DNA of 64,000 nt from Elusimicrobiota bacterium (lineage in GTDB: Bacteria; Elusimicrobiota; Elusimicrobia; UBA1565; UBA9628): assembly GCA_027319565.1 (NCBI GenBank), contig DAHVNA010000003.1:1-64000 (forward strand), read 5' to 3'. Positions 28,726 to 38,267 of the stretch are shown here, one piece after another (positions within the stretch are counted from its first letter, which is position 1; each line of letters opens with the position of its first letter). Under the pieces are notes generated by a model. That model saw only the letters and a list, made by a program, of their open reading frames with translations, did not search any database and had not been told where the DNA came from. The position numbers and the translations under genes were made by a program.

Positions 28726-29457
28726 ATGGACAATCTCTCTATCGAATTGCGAAGCATCAGCAAAAGGCTTGGCCCTAATCAAGCCTTAAACAAGATTTCC
28801 CTCTCTTTTAAGTCTTCCACCATCCATGGACTCATCGGCCCCGATGGAGCCGGGAAGACCACCTTAATGCGCATTCTCATGGGGCTGCTTCACCCCGATG
28901 AGGGAGAACTGACATTTAAGAGCTCTGGTCAAAGCTATTCTCAAAAAGAAGTTCGGTTCGCGATGGCTTATATGCCTCAAAGTCAAAGCCTTTATGGAGA
29001 CCTCTCCGTTTCCGAACATCTGGATTTCTTTCGAGACCTCTATGGACTTGAGGAAAAAGATTATCAGAGCCGCCGGCAAGAGCTTTTACAGATCACTCGC
29101 ATGGCCCCATTCGCCGATCGCCCTGCGGGGCATCTTTCCGGAGGAATGTATAAAAAGTTGGGCCTTATGTGCGCGCTTCTTCCCTCTCCCCGGATTCTTC
29201 TTTTAGACGAACCGACGACTGGAGTCGACCCCATCAGTCGGCGCGATTTCTGGGATCTCCTTTACCGCTTAGTCGAAGAAAGCCATCTGCTCATCCTGAC
29301 CTCGACATCCTACATGGACGAAGCCGCCCGGTGCGGGAACGTGCACCTAATAGAATCCGGAAAAAAGATTGCCTCCGGAACCCCCAGAGAAGTGCTCGCC
29401 CAAGAACAGGTCAAGACTTTTGAGGAATTATTTATCCGGCACGCGAAAATGCCATGA
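28726..29457 (+). CDS. ABC ATP-binding protein (YbhF N-half-like)
   Basis: GPDGAGKTT, LSGGM, LDEPTTGVDP. Confidence 0.92.
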   Translation: MDNLSIELRSISKRLGPNQALNKISLSFKSSTIHGLIGPDGAGKTTLMRILMGLLHPDEGELTFKSSGQSYSQKEVRFAMAYMPQSQSLYGDLSVSEHLDFFRDLYGLEEKDYQSRRQELLQITRMAPFADRPAGHLSGGMYKKLGLMCALLPSPRILLLDEPTTGVDPISRRDFWDLLYRLVEESHLLILTSTSYMDEAARCGNVHLIESGKKIASGTPREVLAQEQVKTFEELFIRHAKMP

Positions 29458-30377
29458 ATGGATACGCGGTCGAAGTCGATCATTTAATCGTTCGCTTCGG
29501 AGATTTTACCGCCGTCAATAATGTGTCCTTTGCGGTTAAGCCAGGAGAGATTTTCGGTTTTTTGGGGGCCAACGGCGCGGGAAAAACGACCACGATTCGC
29601 GTTCTCTGCGGGCTTTTAAAGCCGACTTCGGGAGAAATTAAAATCGCGGGACTGAGTCCCCATGACGGGCTTAAGCCCATCAAGAAAAAAGTGGGATACA
29701 TGTCTCAACGCTTTACGCTTTATAACGATTTAAGCGTGGAGGAAAATATCGCCTTTGCCGCCAGCCTTCGAAAACTAGATCCATCCAAAATCAAGGAGCG
29801 CGCGCAAACCTTGTTTAAGGAAATAGGCTTTGACTCTTCTCCCGGCATGCTGGTTCAAGACCTCTCCGGCGGAATTAAACAGCGCCTGGCCTTGGCCGTC
29901 TCGATGATTCATGATCCGGACATTCTTTTTCTTGATGAGCCTACGGCTGGCGTCTCTCCGGCCGCCAGAGTCGCCTTTTGGGATTTAATTCGCGAAATCG
30001 CCTCAAAAGGCAAAACGATATTTGTCACGACCCATTATATGGACGAAGCCGAACAATGCGGCAGAATCAGCCTGATGAGAAACGGAGAAATCATCGCGTT
30101 GGACTCTCCGGAGAATCTTAAATCGCAAGCATTCCCCGAGCCCCTCTACGAAGTGGAAAGCCCGGATCCCACCAACAAAGATTGGAAGAAAAATTTATTG
30201 AGCCGAAAAGAAATTAAAAATTTAGAGCCGCACGGGCTTTTTTGGCACTTTCAACTAAGGCCCGGGCCCGACGCCAATTTAGCGAACTTGTCCAGAGAAA
30301 TCAATTCCGAGGCGCGGCAAATAAGCCCTTCCCTGGAAGATGTGTTCATTCGTTTTATCGAGGGTTCGCGTGAATAA
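29454..30377 (+). CDS. ABC ATP-binding protein (YbhF C-half-like)
   Basis: GANGAGKTT, LSGG, LDEPTAGV, TTHYMDEAE. Confidence 0.92.
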   Translation: MNGYAVEVDHLIVRFGDFTAVNNVSFAVKPGEIFGFLGANGAGKTTTIRVLCGLLKPTSGEIKIAGLSPHDGLKPIKKKVGYMSQRFTLYNDLSVEENIAFAASLRKLDPSKIKERAQTLFKEIGFDSSPGMLVQDLSGGIKQRLALAVSMIHDPDILFLDEPTAGVSPAARVAFWDLIREIASKGKTIFVTTHYMDEAEQCGRISLMRNGEIIALDSPENLKSQAFPEPLYEVESPDPTNKDWKKNLLSRKEIKNLEPHGLFWHFQLRPGPDANLANLSREINSEARQISPSLEDVFIRFIEGSRE

Positions 30378-31500
30378 AAAGAGCGGCTTTAATTTTTCCA
30401 GGGCCTACTCGATAGCCAAAAAGGAATTTCGCCACCTCTTGAGAGATCCCTTCACCCTGACGCTCGCGCTTGGGCTGCCGATCGCGCTTCTCATCTTTTT
30501 TGGTTTTGCAATCAATTATGACATCAAGAATATTCATATCGGAGTCTTTGACGGAGACTTGTCTATCGCTTCGCGAAATCTCGTGGATGTTTTTCAAAGC
30601 TCCGGATATTTTAAGACCGACCCTCTTCCTTTAGACCAAGATCCTCTTCAAAGACTCGATACCGAGAAAGAAAAAGCGATTCTGATCATCAACCCGAAAT
30701 TCGGACGGCATCTGGCGGCTGGAAAAACCGAAAGCGCCCAAATCGTCCTAGACGGCGCCGACAATCTCGTCTCGGGAATAATCAGCGAGTATCTATCGGG
30801 CATTGAAGATTCTTTCAATTCTCAACTTCCGCAAAAAGGAATCCCTCCGCCCAAAGTTCAGGAAAAAGTTCGCTATCTGTTCAACCCGGAGCTTAACAGC
30901 CACTGGTTTTTTGTTCCGGGCCTTATCGCGGTCATCAATGGCCTTATCTCGATTTTACTGACCGCCTTAACAGTCGCCCGCGAATGGGAAAATGGATCGA
31001 TGGAAATGCTGCTGTCGACCCCGGTTCAGCCCTCTGAAATTATTTTGGGAAAATTAACCCCCTATGCCGTTTTGGGAATCGGGGGAGTTTTGCTTGTCTT
31101 TATAGCCGCCCGCTTCATCTTCGGCGTGCCGATGAACGGCAGTTATCTATTATTGTCCTTTTCAACTCTGGCTTTTCTGTCCGCGACCTTGGCTCAAGGA
31201 CTTTTGATTTCGGTTCTGACTCGCCAACAACAATTGGCCATGCAAATCGCGATTACCACCGGACTACTCCCCGCCTTTCTTCTCTCCGGCTTTATTTTCC
31301 CGGTTCAGAACATGCCAATTTTCTTTCGATATTTGACCTCCATTCTTTCTGTTCGATGGTTTATGCAAATACTGCGTCCGGTTTTTTTACGCGGCTCCAA
31401 TTTTCTAGACCTCCAAACCGCCATTGCGATGCTGTCTTTATTGACAGCCTTGCTCATTATCGGCTCCATTAAGGGCTTTAAGCGAGATCTTGAGCCATGA
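30370..31500 (+). CDS. ABC-2 permease (YbhS-like)
   Basis: KEFRHLLRD, FNPEL, AREWENGSME, LLSGFIFP. Confidence 0.9.
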   Translation: MNKKSGFNFSRAYSIAKKEFRHLLRDPFTLTLALGLPIALLIFFGFAINYDIKNIHIGVFDGDLSIASRNLVDVFQSSGYFKTDPLPLDQDPLQRLDTEKEKAILIINPKFGRHLAAGKTESAQIVLDGADNLVSGIISEYLSGIEDSFNSQLPQKGIPPPKVQEKVRYLFNPELNSHWFFVPGLIAVINGLISILLTALTVAREWENGSMEMLLSTPVQPSEIILGKLTPYAVLGIGGVLLVFIAARFIFGVPMNGSYLLLSFSTLAFLSATLAQGLLISVLTRQQQLAMQIAITTGLLPAFLLSGFIFPVQNMPIFFRYLTSILSVRWFMQILRPVFLRGSNFLDLQTAIAMLSLLTALLIIGSIKGFKRDLEP

Positions 31501-32576
31501 ATTTCACCTTAATTGGATTTTTAAAAAAAGAATTCGCTCAAGGCTTAAGAGACCGCCGGATGAGAGTTCTTATCTTCATTTTGCCAAGCTTGCAACTCAT
31601 TGTCTTCGGTCTGGCCATTCGCACCGAGATGAGAAATATTCGCCTTGCCGTCTTTGGCAAACCCGATCCTCTCTTGCGGGAAATAACGACTCGCGCGGAG
31701 GCCTCGGGATGGTTTATCCCCGCCAAGGTTCGCGGAAACAACCCTTATCAGTGGGCCAAATCCGGGGAGGCGGAAGCGATTTTAGTCGCCCCCGAAAACG
31801 GGCTTGGCAGAGACGCCAAGCGCGGAACGGCGAACCTTCAAATTCTCATCGACGCCTCCGACAGCGTCAGGGCGCGCATCATCAATGCCTATCTGTCTTC
31901 GGTTATCCGGCAAGCCGACAAAGACCCCGCGCCTCAGTTTAGCTTCTCAATCCGAACTCTTTATAATCCGGAATTAAAAACCGCCCACTTTATGGTTCCT
32001 TCTATTTCCGGGCTGATTCTCAGCATCCTGACCATTATCTTGACCAGCATGTCTCTCGCCCGCGAAAAAGAAATTGGAACCATGGAAACCATTCTATCGG
32101 CTCCTATTGAAGGATGGGAAATACTTTTAGGCAAGACCATCCCTTTTGTCGTCATGGGAATCATCGTCTTTACGCTGGTCATTTCCGCCGGGATACTGGT
32201 CTTTGGCGTGCCCGAGCGCGGCCCGATATGGATGCTGGGACTCGCAGGCCTTGTCTTTGTCATCACCAGCGTGACCATCGGGCTTTTTATTTCGACAATC
32301 ACCCAAAATCAGCAACAGGCGATGATGGCAAGTTTTATCTTTCTTTTTCCGGCCATGCAATTATCCGGCATCGCATTTCCGGTCGACAATTTGCCGCCTC
32401 TAATCGGCTGGGTCAGCTATTTCGATCCGCTGAAATATTTCGTGACCTTGATGCGAAACATCATGCTCAAGGGCGGAAACTCCGTGGTATTTTGGGAAAA
32501 CTTGGCGGCGATAGCCTTGATCGGAACATTGGTCGCCATTTTCGCCGTTGAGCGCTTCCACGACACCCTCAACTAA
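31497..32576 (+). CDS. ABC-2 permease (YbhR-like)
   Basis: KEFAQGLRD, YNPEL, AREKEIGTME. Confidence 0.9.
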   Translation: MNFTLIGFLKKEFAQGLRDRRMRVLIFILPSLQLIVFGLAIRTEMRNIRLAVFGKPDPLLREITTRAEASGWFIPAKVRGNNPYQWAKSGEAEAILVAPENGLGRDAKRGTANLQILIDASDSVRARIINAYLSSVIRQADKDPAPQFSFSIRTLYNPELKTAHFMVPSISGLILSILTIILTSMSLAREKEIGTMETILSAPIEGWEILLGKTIPFVVMGIIVFTLVISAGILVFGVPERGPIWMLGLAGLVFVITSVTIGLFISTITQNQQQAMMASFIFLFPAMQLSGIAFPVDNLPPLIGWVSYFDPLKYFVTLMRNIMLKGGNSVVFWENLAAIALIGTLVAIFAVERFHDTLN

Positions 32577-33664
32577 ACAGTCTTTGTAGACTTTAACTTC
32601 TCGATTTGATGGCGCACGGAATTGACGGTTCGCCGGGAAACGGAAATACCGCGTTCCATTTTTAATTTTGAGGCAATTTCAGCGTCGGTCATGGCCGGGA
32701 AATCCCTTATCCAAATTTCAACGAGCTCGCGCAAAACCCGGCGCCTTCCAGGCAGGAGAGAAATCAGCGGAACCTCTTTCTCCCAGGGAAGTCGCACCGA
32801 ACGATGAGAAAGCGACCGACTAATGGTCGAGGGTGATAAATCTAAACGCCGCGCCAAGCCTCTGAGACTTATCGGGCGCAGATTTTCGACCCGGCGAGAG
32901 GACAAATACTCTATTTGAATTTTCGATAAGGATTCAAAAACCCGATACAGGGCGCTTTGCCTTAAATTCAGCGCTTCGATTCGCTTAATTAATGAGGGAA
33001 GCCGCGCCTTTTCCGAAGGAGACAAAGCTGTCGTTTTCCAGCCGTCAATGAGCTCATAACGAATGTGGTAGAGACCTCTCGCCCAATAAGGGGCGTAAAA
33101 CTCAAAACGAACTTCCCCCTCCAAAACTTTTAAATGCGCGACACAGGCCGCTGGGCGGTCTGGGGCCTTGGATGGAGCCGATGTTGGAACTTCAAACTCG
33201 GAACGAATCTCGACATCCAGCAGAAAATCATGGATCGCAAGAACTTCTTCTTTTGAAAAGCCCACCCGTTTTGATATTTCCTCAAGAGTGATTCCCTGAC
33301 CCCTTAAAAAATATTTCTCGAAATTTTCGCGGCCCATTTTCCGGATCGCCGCCACCGCCAAGTCTTGTTCCACCGCCAATTTTTCGACAGGGACTCGTTC
33401 TCCCATTCCTGCGGTGGTCCTCTCGTCAATTTCATAAAAAGAGGAGTGCAGTTCTCCGGAGGGCCACTTTTGCCTTTGAAACGCGGGCAAAATCTTTCCA
33501 TCTCCGAAATAGAGCTTGCGAAAAAGATCGTCTTTCTCTATTTTCGCCACTTCAGAGGCGAAATCCTTTTCCGGCATCTCAATTAAATCCGCCATCCGCA
33601 TGCGCCCCATAATAGAAAGGCGCTGCTGGGTCTCTAAAGTAAGTCCTTGCTCTATTTTCGCCAT
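32573..33664 (-). CDS. rpoN: Atypical short sigma54 (RpoN-like) factor
   Basis: Region-I-like N-terminus, HTH LRPISLRGLARRLDLSPSTISR, C-terminal TDAEI...GISVSRRTVNSVR (RpoN-box variant); next to an NtrBC-type pair. Confidence 0.8.
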   Translation of the reverse strand: MAKIEQGLTLETQQRLSIMGRMRMADLIEMPEKDFASEVAKIEKDDLFRKLYFGDGKILPAFQRQKWPSGELHSSFYEIDERTTAGMGERVPVEKLAVEQDLAVAAIRKMGRENFEKYFLRGQGITLEEISKRVGFSKEEVLAIHDFLLDVEIRSEFEVPTSAPSKAPDRPAACVAHLKVLEGEVRFEFYAPYWARGLYHIRYELIDGWKTTALSPSEKARLPSLIKRIEALNLRQSALYRVFESLSKIQIEYLSSRRVENLRPISLRGLARRLDLSPSTISRSLSHRSVRLPWEKEVPLISLLPGRRRVLRELVEIWIRDFPAMTDAEIASKLKMERGISVSRRTVNSVRHQIEKLKSTKTV

Positions 33665-33729
33665 AGGGATATCAATTAAAAGTTTAGCAGATGTTTTTAA
33701 CGTTTACAGTGTTTATAATTTGCTAAAAG

Positions 33730-35187
33730 ATGAGAAAGACTATTTCAATGAAAGCCCCCTCTTTGTTTAAAGATTGCGCCGATGAGCTTATCGAATTTCT
33801 AGATCACGCTCCCGATTTTGTCATGCTTAGAAATCCGGATGGGACCATTCTCATGGCCAACGAAACTCTCTGTGAAAGACTCGGAGTCCCGCGGGAAAAA
33901 CTCATTGGCCGGTCTATTTATGATTTCTATATAGCCCCCAAGCAAAAACCCATTAGCCAAAAATATACGGAAACGCTCTTGCGCCAAGGGACGAATCAGA
34001 TTACGCTTCTCATGCGCGACAAAAACGGCTCTCCGGTCGAAGTCGAAGTCCGGGGTTGCCTGGTAGTTCACAAAGGGAAAAAAGTTCTTTTTGGCATCGG
34101 ACGAGAAATTGGGCGTTCTGAAAGAGATCAGAGATTGGCGGAGATATTGAGAACCGGATTTAGGGCTTCGCATGATATCATGTTCTACACCGGCCCCAAC
34201 GGAATGATTTTAGACGTCAACGACGCCTTTACCCATTATTATGGCTACACCCGAGAAGAGGCAATAGGCAGAACTCCCGGCTTTCTGCGCTCTCAGCATT
34301 CCAGCGATGAATTCTACCGGTATATGTGGGAAAAGATATTGGCTCCCGCGCACGGATTTTGGAGAGGAGAAATCATCAACCGGACCAAGGATGGACGAGA
34401 AATCCCGCTTATCCTAACCATTTCAGCCGTGCGGGACGGCTCCGACAAAATAATTGGCTTTATTTCCAGCGCCACCGATATCCACAAGCACAGGGAACTG
34501 GAAGAGAAGATTGCCCAAACCGAAGCCTTGGCCGATCTGGGAGAAATGGCGGCCGCCGTCGCGCATGAAATTAGAAACCCCCTCAGCTCGATTTCAATGG
34601 CTTCAAAACGACTCTTGCAGCGCGATTTAAAATTATCCGACAAGGAACCCATCGTCAAAATCCTCGAGAGCGAAAGCCAACGCCTCAATAAGATTCTCAA
34701 CGAACTCCTCTTATTCGCGCGGCCGCGAACGCTCAAAAGGAAATCCTCCGATCTGAACTCCCTGATAAAAACGACCGTTGATCTTATAACCCAAAATCAA
34801 AATCTGTCCTCTAATATCAAATTGGCGCTTTCTCTCGACCCGAACCTCTATCCATTCTTGTTTGACTCCGACCAGATTCTACAGGTTTTATGGAATATGA
34901 TTTTAAACGCCATCCAATCGATGGAAGGCACAGGAACCCTGACCATCCGTTCCGGCCACTCCGAAAACTTCGCCTATTTCGCGATCAGCGATACCGGCCG
35001 GGGCATTTCAGAAGAAGAAAAAGCGAAAATCTTTAAGCCCTTTCACTCCACCAAAAGCCAAGGAGTGGGATTGGGGCTCCCCACCGCGAAAAGAATCGTA
35101 GTCGCCCATGGAGGAAGAATTGAGGTCGACACAAGAATGGGGCAAGGGACCGTATTTACCGTCTGGCTTCCCTACTTGGAGAGTTAA
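33730..35187 (+). CDS. Cytoplasmic PAS-PAS sensor histidine kinase (NtrB-like)
   Basis: Two PAS domains, AHEIRNPL, NAIQSM, DTGRGI, GVGLGL; no TM segment. Confidence 0.92.
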   Translation: MRKTISMKAPSLFKDCADELIEFLDHAPDFVMLRNPDGTILMANETLCERLGVPREKLIGRSIYDFYIAPKQKPISQKYTETLLRQGTNQITLLMRDKNGSPVEVEVRGCLVVHKGKKVLFGIGREIGRSERDQRLAEILRTGFRASHDIMFYTGPNGMILDVNDAFTHYYGYTREEAIGRTPGFLRSQHSSDEFYRYMWEKILAPAHGFWRGEIINRTKDGREIPLILTISAVRDGSDKIIGFISSATDIHKHRELEEKIAQTEALADLGEMAAAVAHEIRNPLSSISMASKRLLQRDLKLSDKEPIVKILESESQRLNKILNELLLFARPRTLKRKSSDLNSLIKTTVDLITQNQNLSSNIKLALSLDPNLYPFLFDSDQILQVLWNMILNAIQSMEGTGTLTIRSGHSENFAYFAISDTGRGISEEEKAKIFKPFHSTKSQGVGLGLPTAKRIVVAHGGRIEVDTRMGQGTVFTVWLPYLES

Positions 35188-35188
35188 A

Positions 35189-36394
35189 TTGAGAAAACCC
35201 GCTATTCTCTTGGTTGAAGACGATATTTCTCTTAATACGCTCACCACGCTTGAGCTAAGAAACCGCGGCTACGAAGTGGAAACGGCTAAATCGGGCCAAG
35301 AGGGATGCGAAAAAATAAGCCAAAACCCCGACATCGTCATCACGGATCTTAAGCTCGGCGACATGGATGGGATGGATGTCCTGAGCCGGGTTAAGAAATA
35401 TGATCCCAGGATAGAAGTCATCGTCGTCACGGGACACGGTTCCATTGACAGCGCGGTCAAGGCTATCAAGGCCGGCGCTTTTGATTATCTCACGAAACCC
35501 GTCGACTCCGAAGAATTGGAACTGACCATCAAAAAAACCCTAGAACATCAAAAATTAATCGCCGAAGTGGAGAATCTCCGCTCTGAAATTCGAGACAAAT
35601 ATAGCTTTAGCGGAATCGTCTACTCTAGCCCCAAGATTAAAAACATACTCGAAATGGTCAACAAAGTCGCCAAAACCGAGGCCACTGTTTTAATTCTAGG
35701 CGAATCAGGAACCGGCAAGGAGTTAATCGCCCATGCAATTCACGAGCAAAGCCCCCGACGCCACGGCTCTTTTGTAGCCATCAATTGCGGAGCCTTGCCC
35801 GAAGGGCTGCTTGAAAGCGAGCTTTTCGGCCACGTCAAGGGCTCTTTTACGGGAGCCGATAGAAACAAAAGGGGGCTTTTTGAAGAGGCCTGTGAAGGCA
35901 CCTTGTTTTTAGATGAGATTAGCGAGACAACGCCCGCTCTTCAAGTCAAACTCCTGCGGGCGCTGCAAGAAGGAGAAATCCGGCGCGTTGGAGACAATCA
36001 TCCGATCAAGGTTTCCGGCCGACTCATCGCGGCCTCAAACAAGGATTTGGAACAACTGGTGGAAAGCGGGAAATTTAGAGACGATCTTTATTATCGCCTT
36101 AAGGTTTTTCCGATTGAAATTCCGCCTCTCAGAGAGCGCCCCGAGGATATTCTGCCTCTGGCCGAACACTTCTTAAGAAAAGCGCAAAAGAAGATATCGG
36201 GAAGCGCCAAACGCTTTTCTCCGGAAGCGGCCGCAGCTCTCAAAGCCTATTCTTGGCCCGGGAACGTCCGCGAGCTTGAGCATACCGTTGAGCGAATATT
36301 AATTCTCGCCTCCCAAGCCGAGATAAAACTGGAAGATGTTCCTCCCGAGATTCGCGCCTTACGAAAAAAAGCTTCGCTAAAACAGAAAAATTGA
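35189..36394 (+). CDS. sigma54-dependent response regulator (REC + AAA+), no C-terminal HTH
   Basis: ILLVEDD, ITDL, GESGTGKE, ESELFGH, GSFTGA, WPGNVREL; protein ends soon after the AAA+ domain. Confidence 0.92.
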   Translation: MRKPAILLVEDDISLNTLTTLELRNRGYEVETAKSGQEGCEKISQNPDIVITDLKLGDMDGMDVLSRVKKYDPRIEVIVVTGHGSIDSAVKAIKAGAFDYLTKPVDSEELELTIKKTLEHQKLIAEVENLRSEIRDKYSFSGIVYSSPKIKNILEMVNKVAKTEATVLILGESGTGKELIAHAIHEQSPRRHGSFVAINCGALPEGLLESELFGHVKGSFTGADRNKRGLFEEACEGTLFLDEISETTPALQVKLLRALQEGEIRRVGDNHPIKVSGRLIAASNKDLEQLVESGKFRDDLYYRLKVFPIEIPPLRERPEDILPLAEHFLRKAQKKISGSAKRFSPEAAAALKAYSWPGNVRELEHTVERILILASQAEIKLEDVPPEIRALRKKASLKQKN

Positions 36395-36547
36395 GACGAG
36401 AATCAAGGCAAGGCCAATGAACAGCTTCTCGGGTTCCCCTTCATTTTTTCCCAGGCGAATATAAAAGGCTCCAAGTAAACTCAAAATCAGGCCGATTAAG
36501 GCTTTAAAAGCGCTCCAGGCGGTAAAATGGAGGTTTAAGCCGGGCAT
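36377..36547 (-). CDS. Small 56-aa two-TM membrane protein (not in ORF track)
   Basis: MPGLNLHFTAWSAFKALIGLILSLLGAFYIRLGKNEGEPEKLFIGLALILVSIFLF; ATG overlaps the fabF-like stop (TGATG). Confidence 0.7.
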   Translation of the reverse strand: MPGLNLHFTAWSAFKALIGLILSLLGAFYIRLGKNEGEPEKLFIGLALILVSIFLF

Positions 36548-37854
36548 CAAGATTCCCAGCGCTTAAACAAGAGACATCCATTGACGTCTCCAAAGCCGAA
36601 GGAAGCCTTAATCACATACTCCAAGTTCCGGTCCATTTTTTGATGAGGAATACTCCCGGATATTTTCTGAATCTCGGGGTGAACCTTCTCGGAATTAATC
36701 GAGGGGTGAACATATGAATTGACTATTTGGTCGACCACCGCCACCGATTCCAAGGCCCCCGCCGCGCCCAAGGAATGTCCGATCATGGATTTGGTCGATT
36801 GAATCAAGGGAAATTTCGCGGGATCAAGTTCCAGGGCCTTTAGCCAACTTCCCACCTCGCGCGGATCGGCGGCAGTCGAGGTCAAGTGCCCGTTGATGAG
36901 AGAAATTTTAGACGGAGAAACTCCTGAATCCTCAATGACTTTTCGGATACAGCGAACAACCCCCTCGGGATTTGGAAAAGTCATCGTGCCCCCGTCTCTT
37001 TGGCCGCCGGAATTGCAATAGGCGGCGACGAGTTCGCAAAGTATTTTCGCCCCGCGCTTTTGCGCCGATTCCAGGCTTTCGAGTCTCAAAACTCCGGCGC
37101 CGCCGGAAGGGACAAAGCCGCAGGCCCCCGCTCCCATCGGTTGGGAGCCTTTTTCCGGAGCCTCGTTATATTTGGAACAAAGAACGTCTCTCATCGCGTC
37201 AAAGCCGGACCAACTGCCGTAATGCGTGCCCTCGGCCCCCCCGGCATACATGGATTCGGCGTAGCCCAACTGAATATTTTTCCAGGCATCGAAAATCGCT
37301 TCCGTCCCGGTGTTGCAGGCGGAACTATTAGAGCTCGTTTGTCCGCCGGCGCCTAAAAATTTCCCGACCGCGACTGAAATGGAACTAGACATCACCTGCG
37401 GGACGATATCGGTTCCCATGGGAGCGGTCCCACGCCCCGGCTCTTGGTTTTTGGCGTCAAAGACGACCGGGGCCAAGGAATCAAGAATCGTGTCCATGCC
37501 GCCAATGCCGGAGCCGATAATAACCCCCGTGTCCCACAAAACCGGGGTATCTCGTTTCCCGTTGACCCAATCTATTTCCATGCCGCTCATCCGCGCGCAT
37601 TCAATAGAAGCCATCACGGCATAGACCATCGCCTCGTTTAATTTATTGAGCTCGCCCTCGGGAATCAATTTTAAAACCTCTTCTTCCTCCACAGGCGGAA
37701 CGCCTCCGATTTGGCAGAGATAATTCATTTCTTTAAGATCTTCTCTAAAAGAAATCCCCGATTTTCCCGCCTTTAAAGCCTCTCGAAAATTTTGAACTCC
37801 AACGCCATTGGGCGCGACCGCGCCCACCCCGGTAACGACAACTCGTTTTCTCAT
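36547..37854 (-). CDS. Beta-ketoacyl-ACP synthase (FabF/FabB-like)
   Basis: RVVVTGVG; Cys-His-His in SSAC, NGHLT, GHSLG; SFGFG. Confidence 0.9.
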   Translation of the reverse strand: MRKRVVVTGVGAVAPNGVGVQNFREALKAGKSGISFREDLKEMNYLCQIGGVPPVEEEEVLKLIPEGELNKLNEAMVYAVMASIECARMSGMEIDWVNGKRDTPVLWDTGVIIGSGIGGMDTILDSLAPVVFDAKNQEPGRGTAPMGTDIVPQVMSSSISVAVGKFLGAGGQTSSNSSACNTGTEAIFDAWKNIQLGYAESMYAGGAEGTHYGSWSGFDAMRDVLCSKYNEAPEKGSQPMGAGACGFVPSGGAGVLRLESLESAQKRGAKILCELVAAYCNSGGQRDGGTMTFPNPEGVVRCIRKVIEDSGVSPSKISLINGHLTSTAADPREVGSWLKALELDPAKFPLIQSTKSMIGHSLGAAGALESVAVVDQIVNSYVHPSINSEKVHPEIQKISGSIPHQKMDRNLEYVIKASFGFGDVNGCLLFKRWES

Positions 37855-38267
37855 TTCTTCACCTCGAAAAGTTCCTGATGAGATATTTTCAGCGCCGCGC
37901 TAAAAACCCCTTCCCCGTCTTTTTCCCCCCCGTAAAAAAAGGACTCCGCGCGAAAAGAAAAAAATCCATTTTCCGAAGGCGCTTCTTGAGCGCTAACCTT
38001 GACGGCCACAGCGTCTCCGGGGCGCACTTTTTTTTTAAACAAAGCGTTCTCTACCGAACGGAAAAGCCCCGTTTCTCCAGATTCCGATTCCCGAAAAGAC
38101 CACAAGCGAGCGCCTGCCTGACAGGCCATCTCGACCAATTTAATTCCCGGCACCACCGGATTTCCCGGAAAATGTCCGGCGCAATCTTCTTCTTTCCAAG
38201 CGTAAAGCGCTAAAAGATGCGAATCGGTTTTTTCCAAAATCCGATCGATGAATTTCCACTCCATCAC
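37851..38267 (-). CDS. FabZ/FabA-like hydroxyacyl-ACP dehydratase
   Basis: FIDRI, GHFPGNPVVPG...E. Confidence 0.8.
   Translation of the reverse strand: MMEWKFIDRILEKTDSHLLALYAWKEEDCAGHFPGNPVVPGIKLVEMACQAGARLWSFRESESGETGLFRSVENALFKKKVRPGDAVAVKVSAQEAPSENGFFSFRAESFFYGGEKDGEGVFSAALKISHQELFEVKK

Noticed and set aside
28726..30377. Split YbhF-like ATPase with no H-loop His in the first gene, as a pseudogene
   Set aside because: Both ORFs are intact and coupled; a degenerate first nucleotide-binding domain is usual for this subfamily
19000..36400. The sigma54 block as an active mobile element
   Set aside because: No integrase, transposase, tRNA site or flanking direct repeats seen; mobility is unsupported
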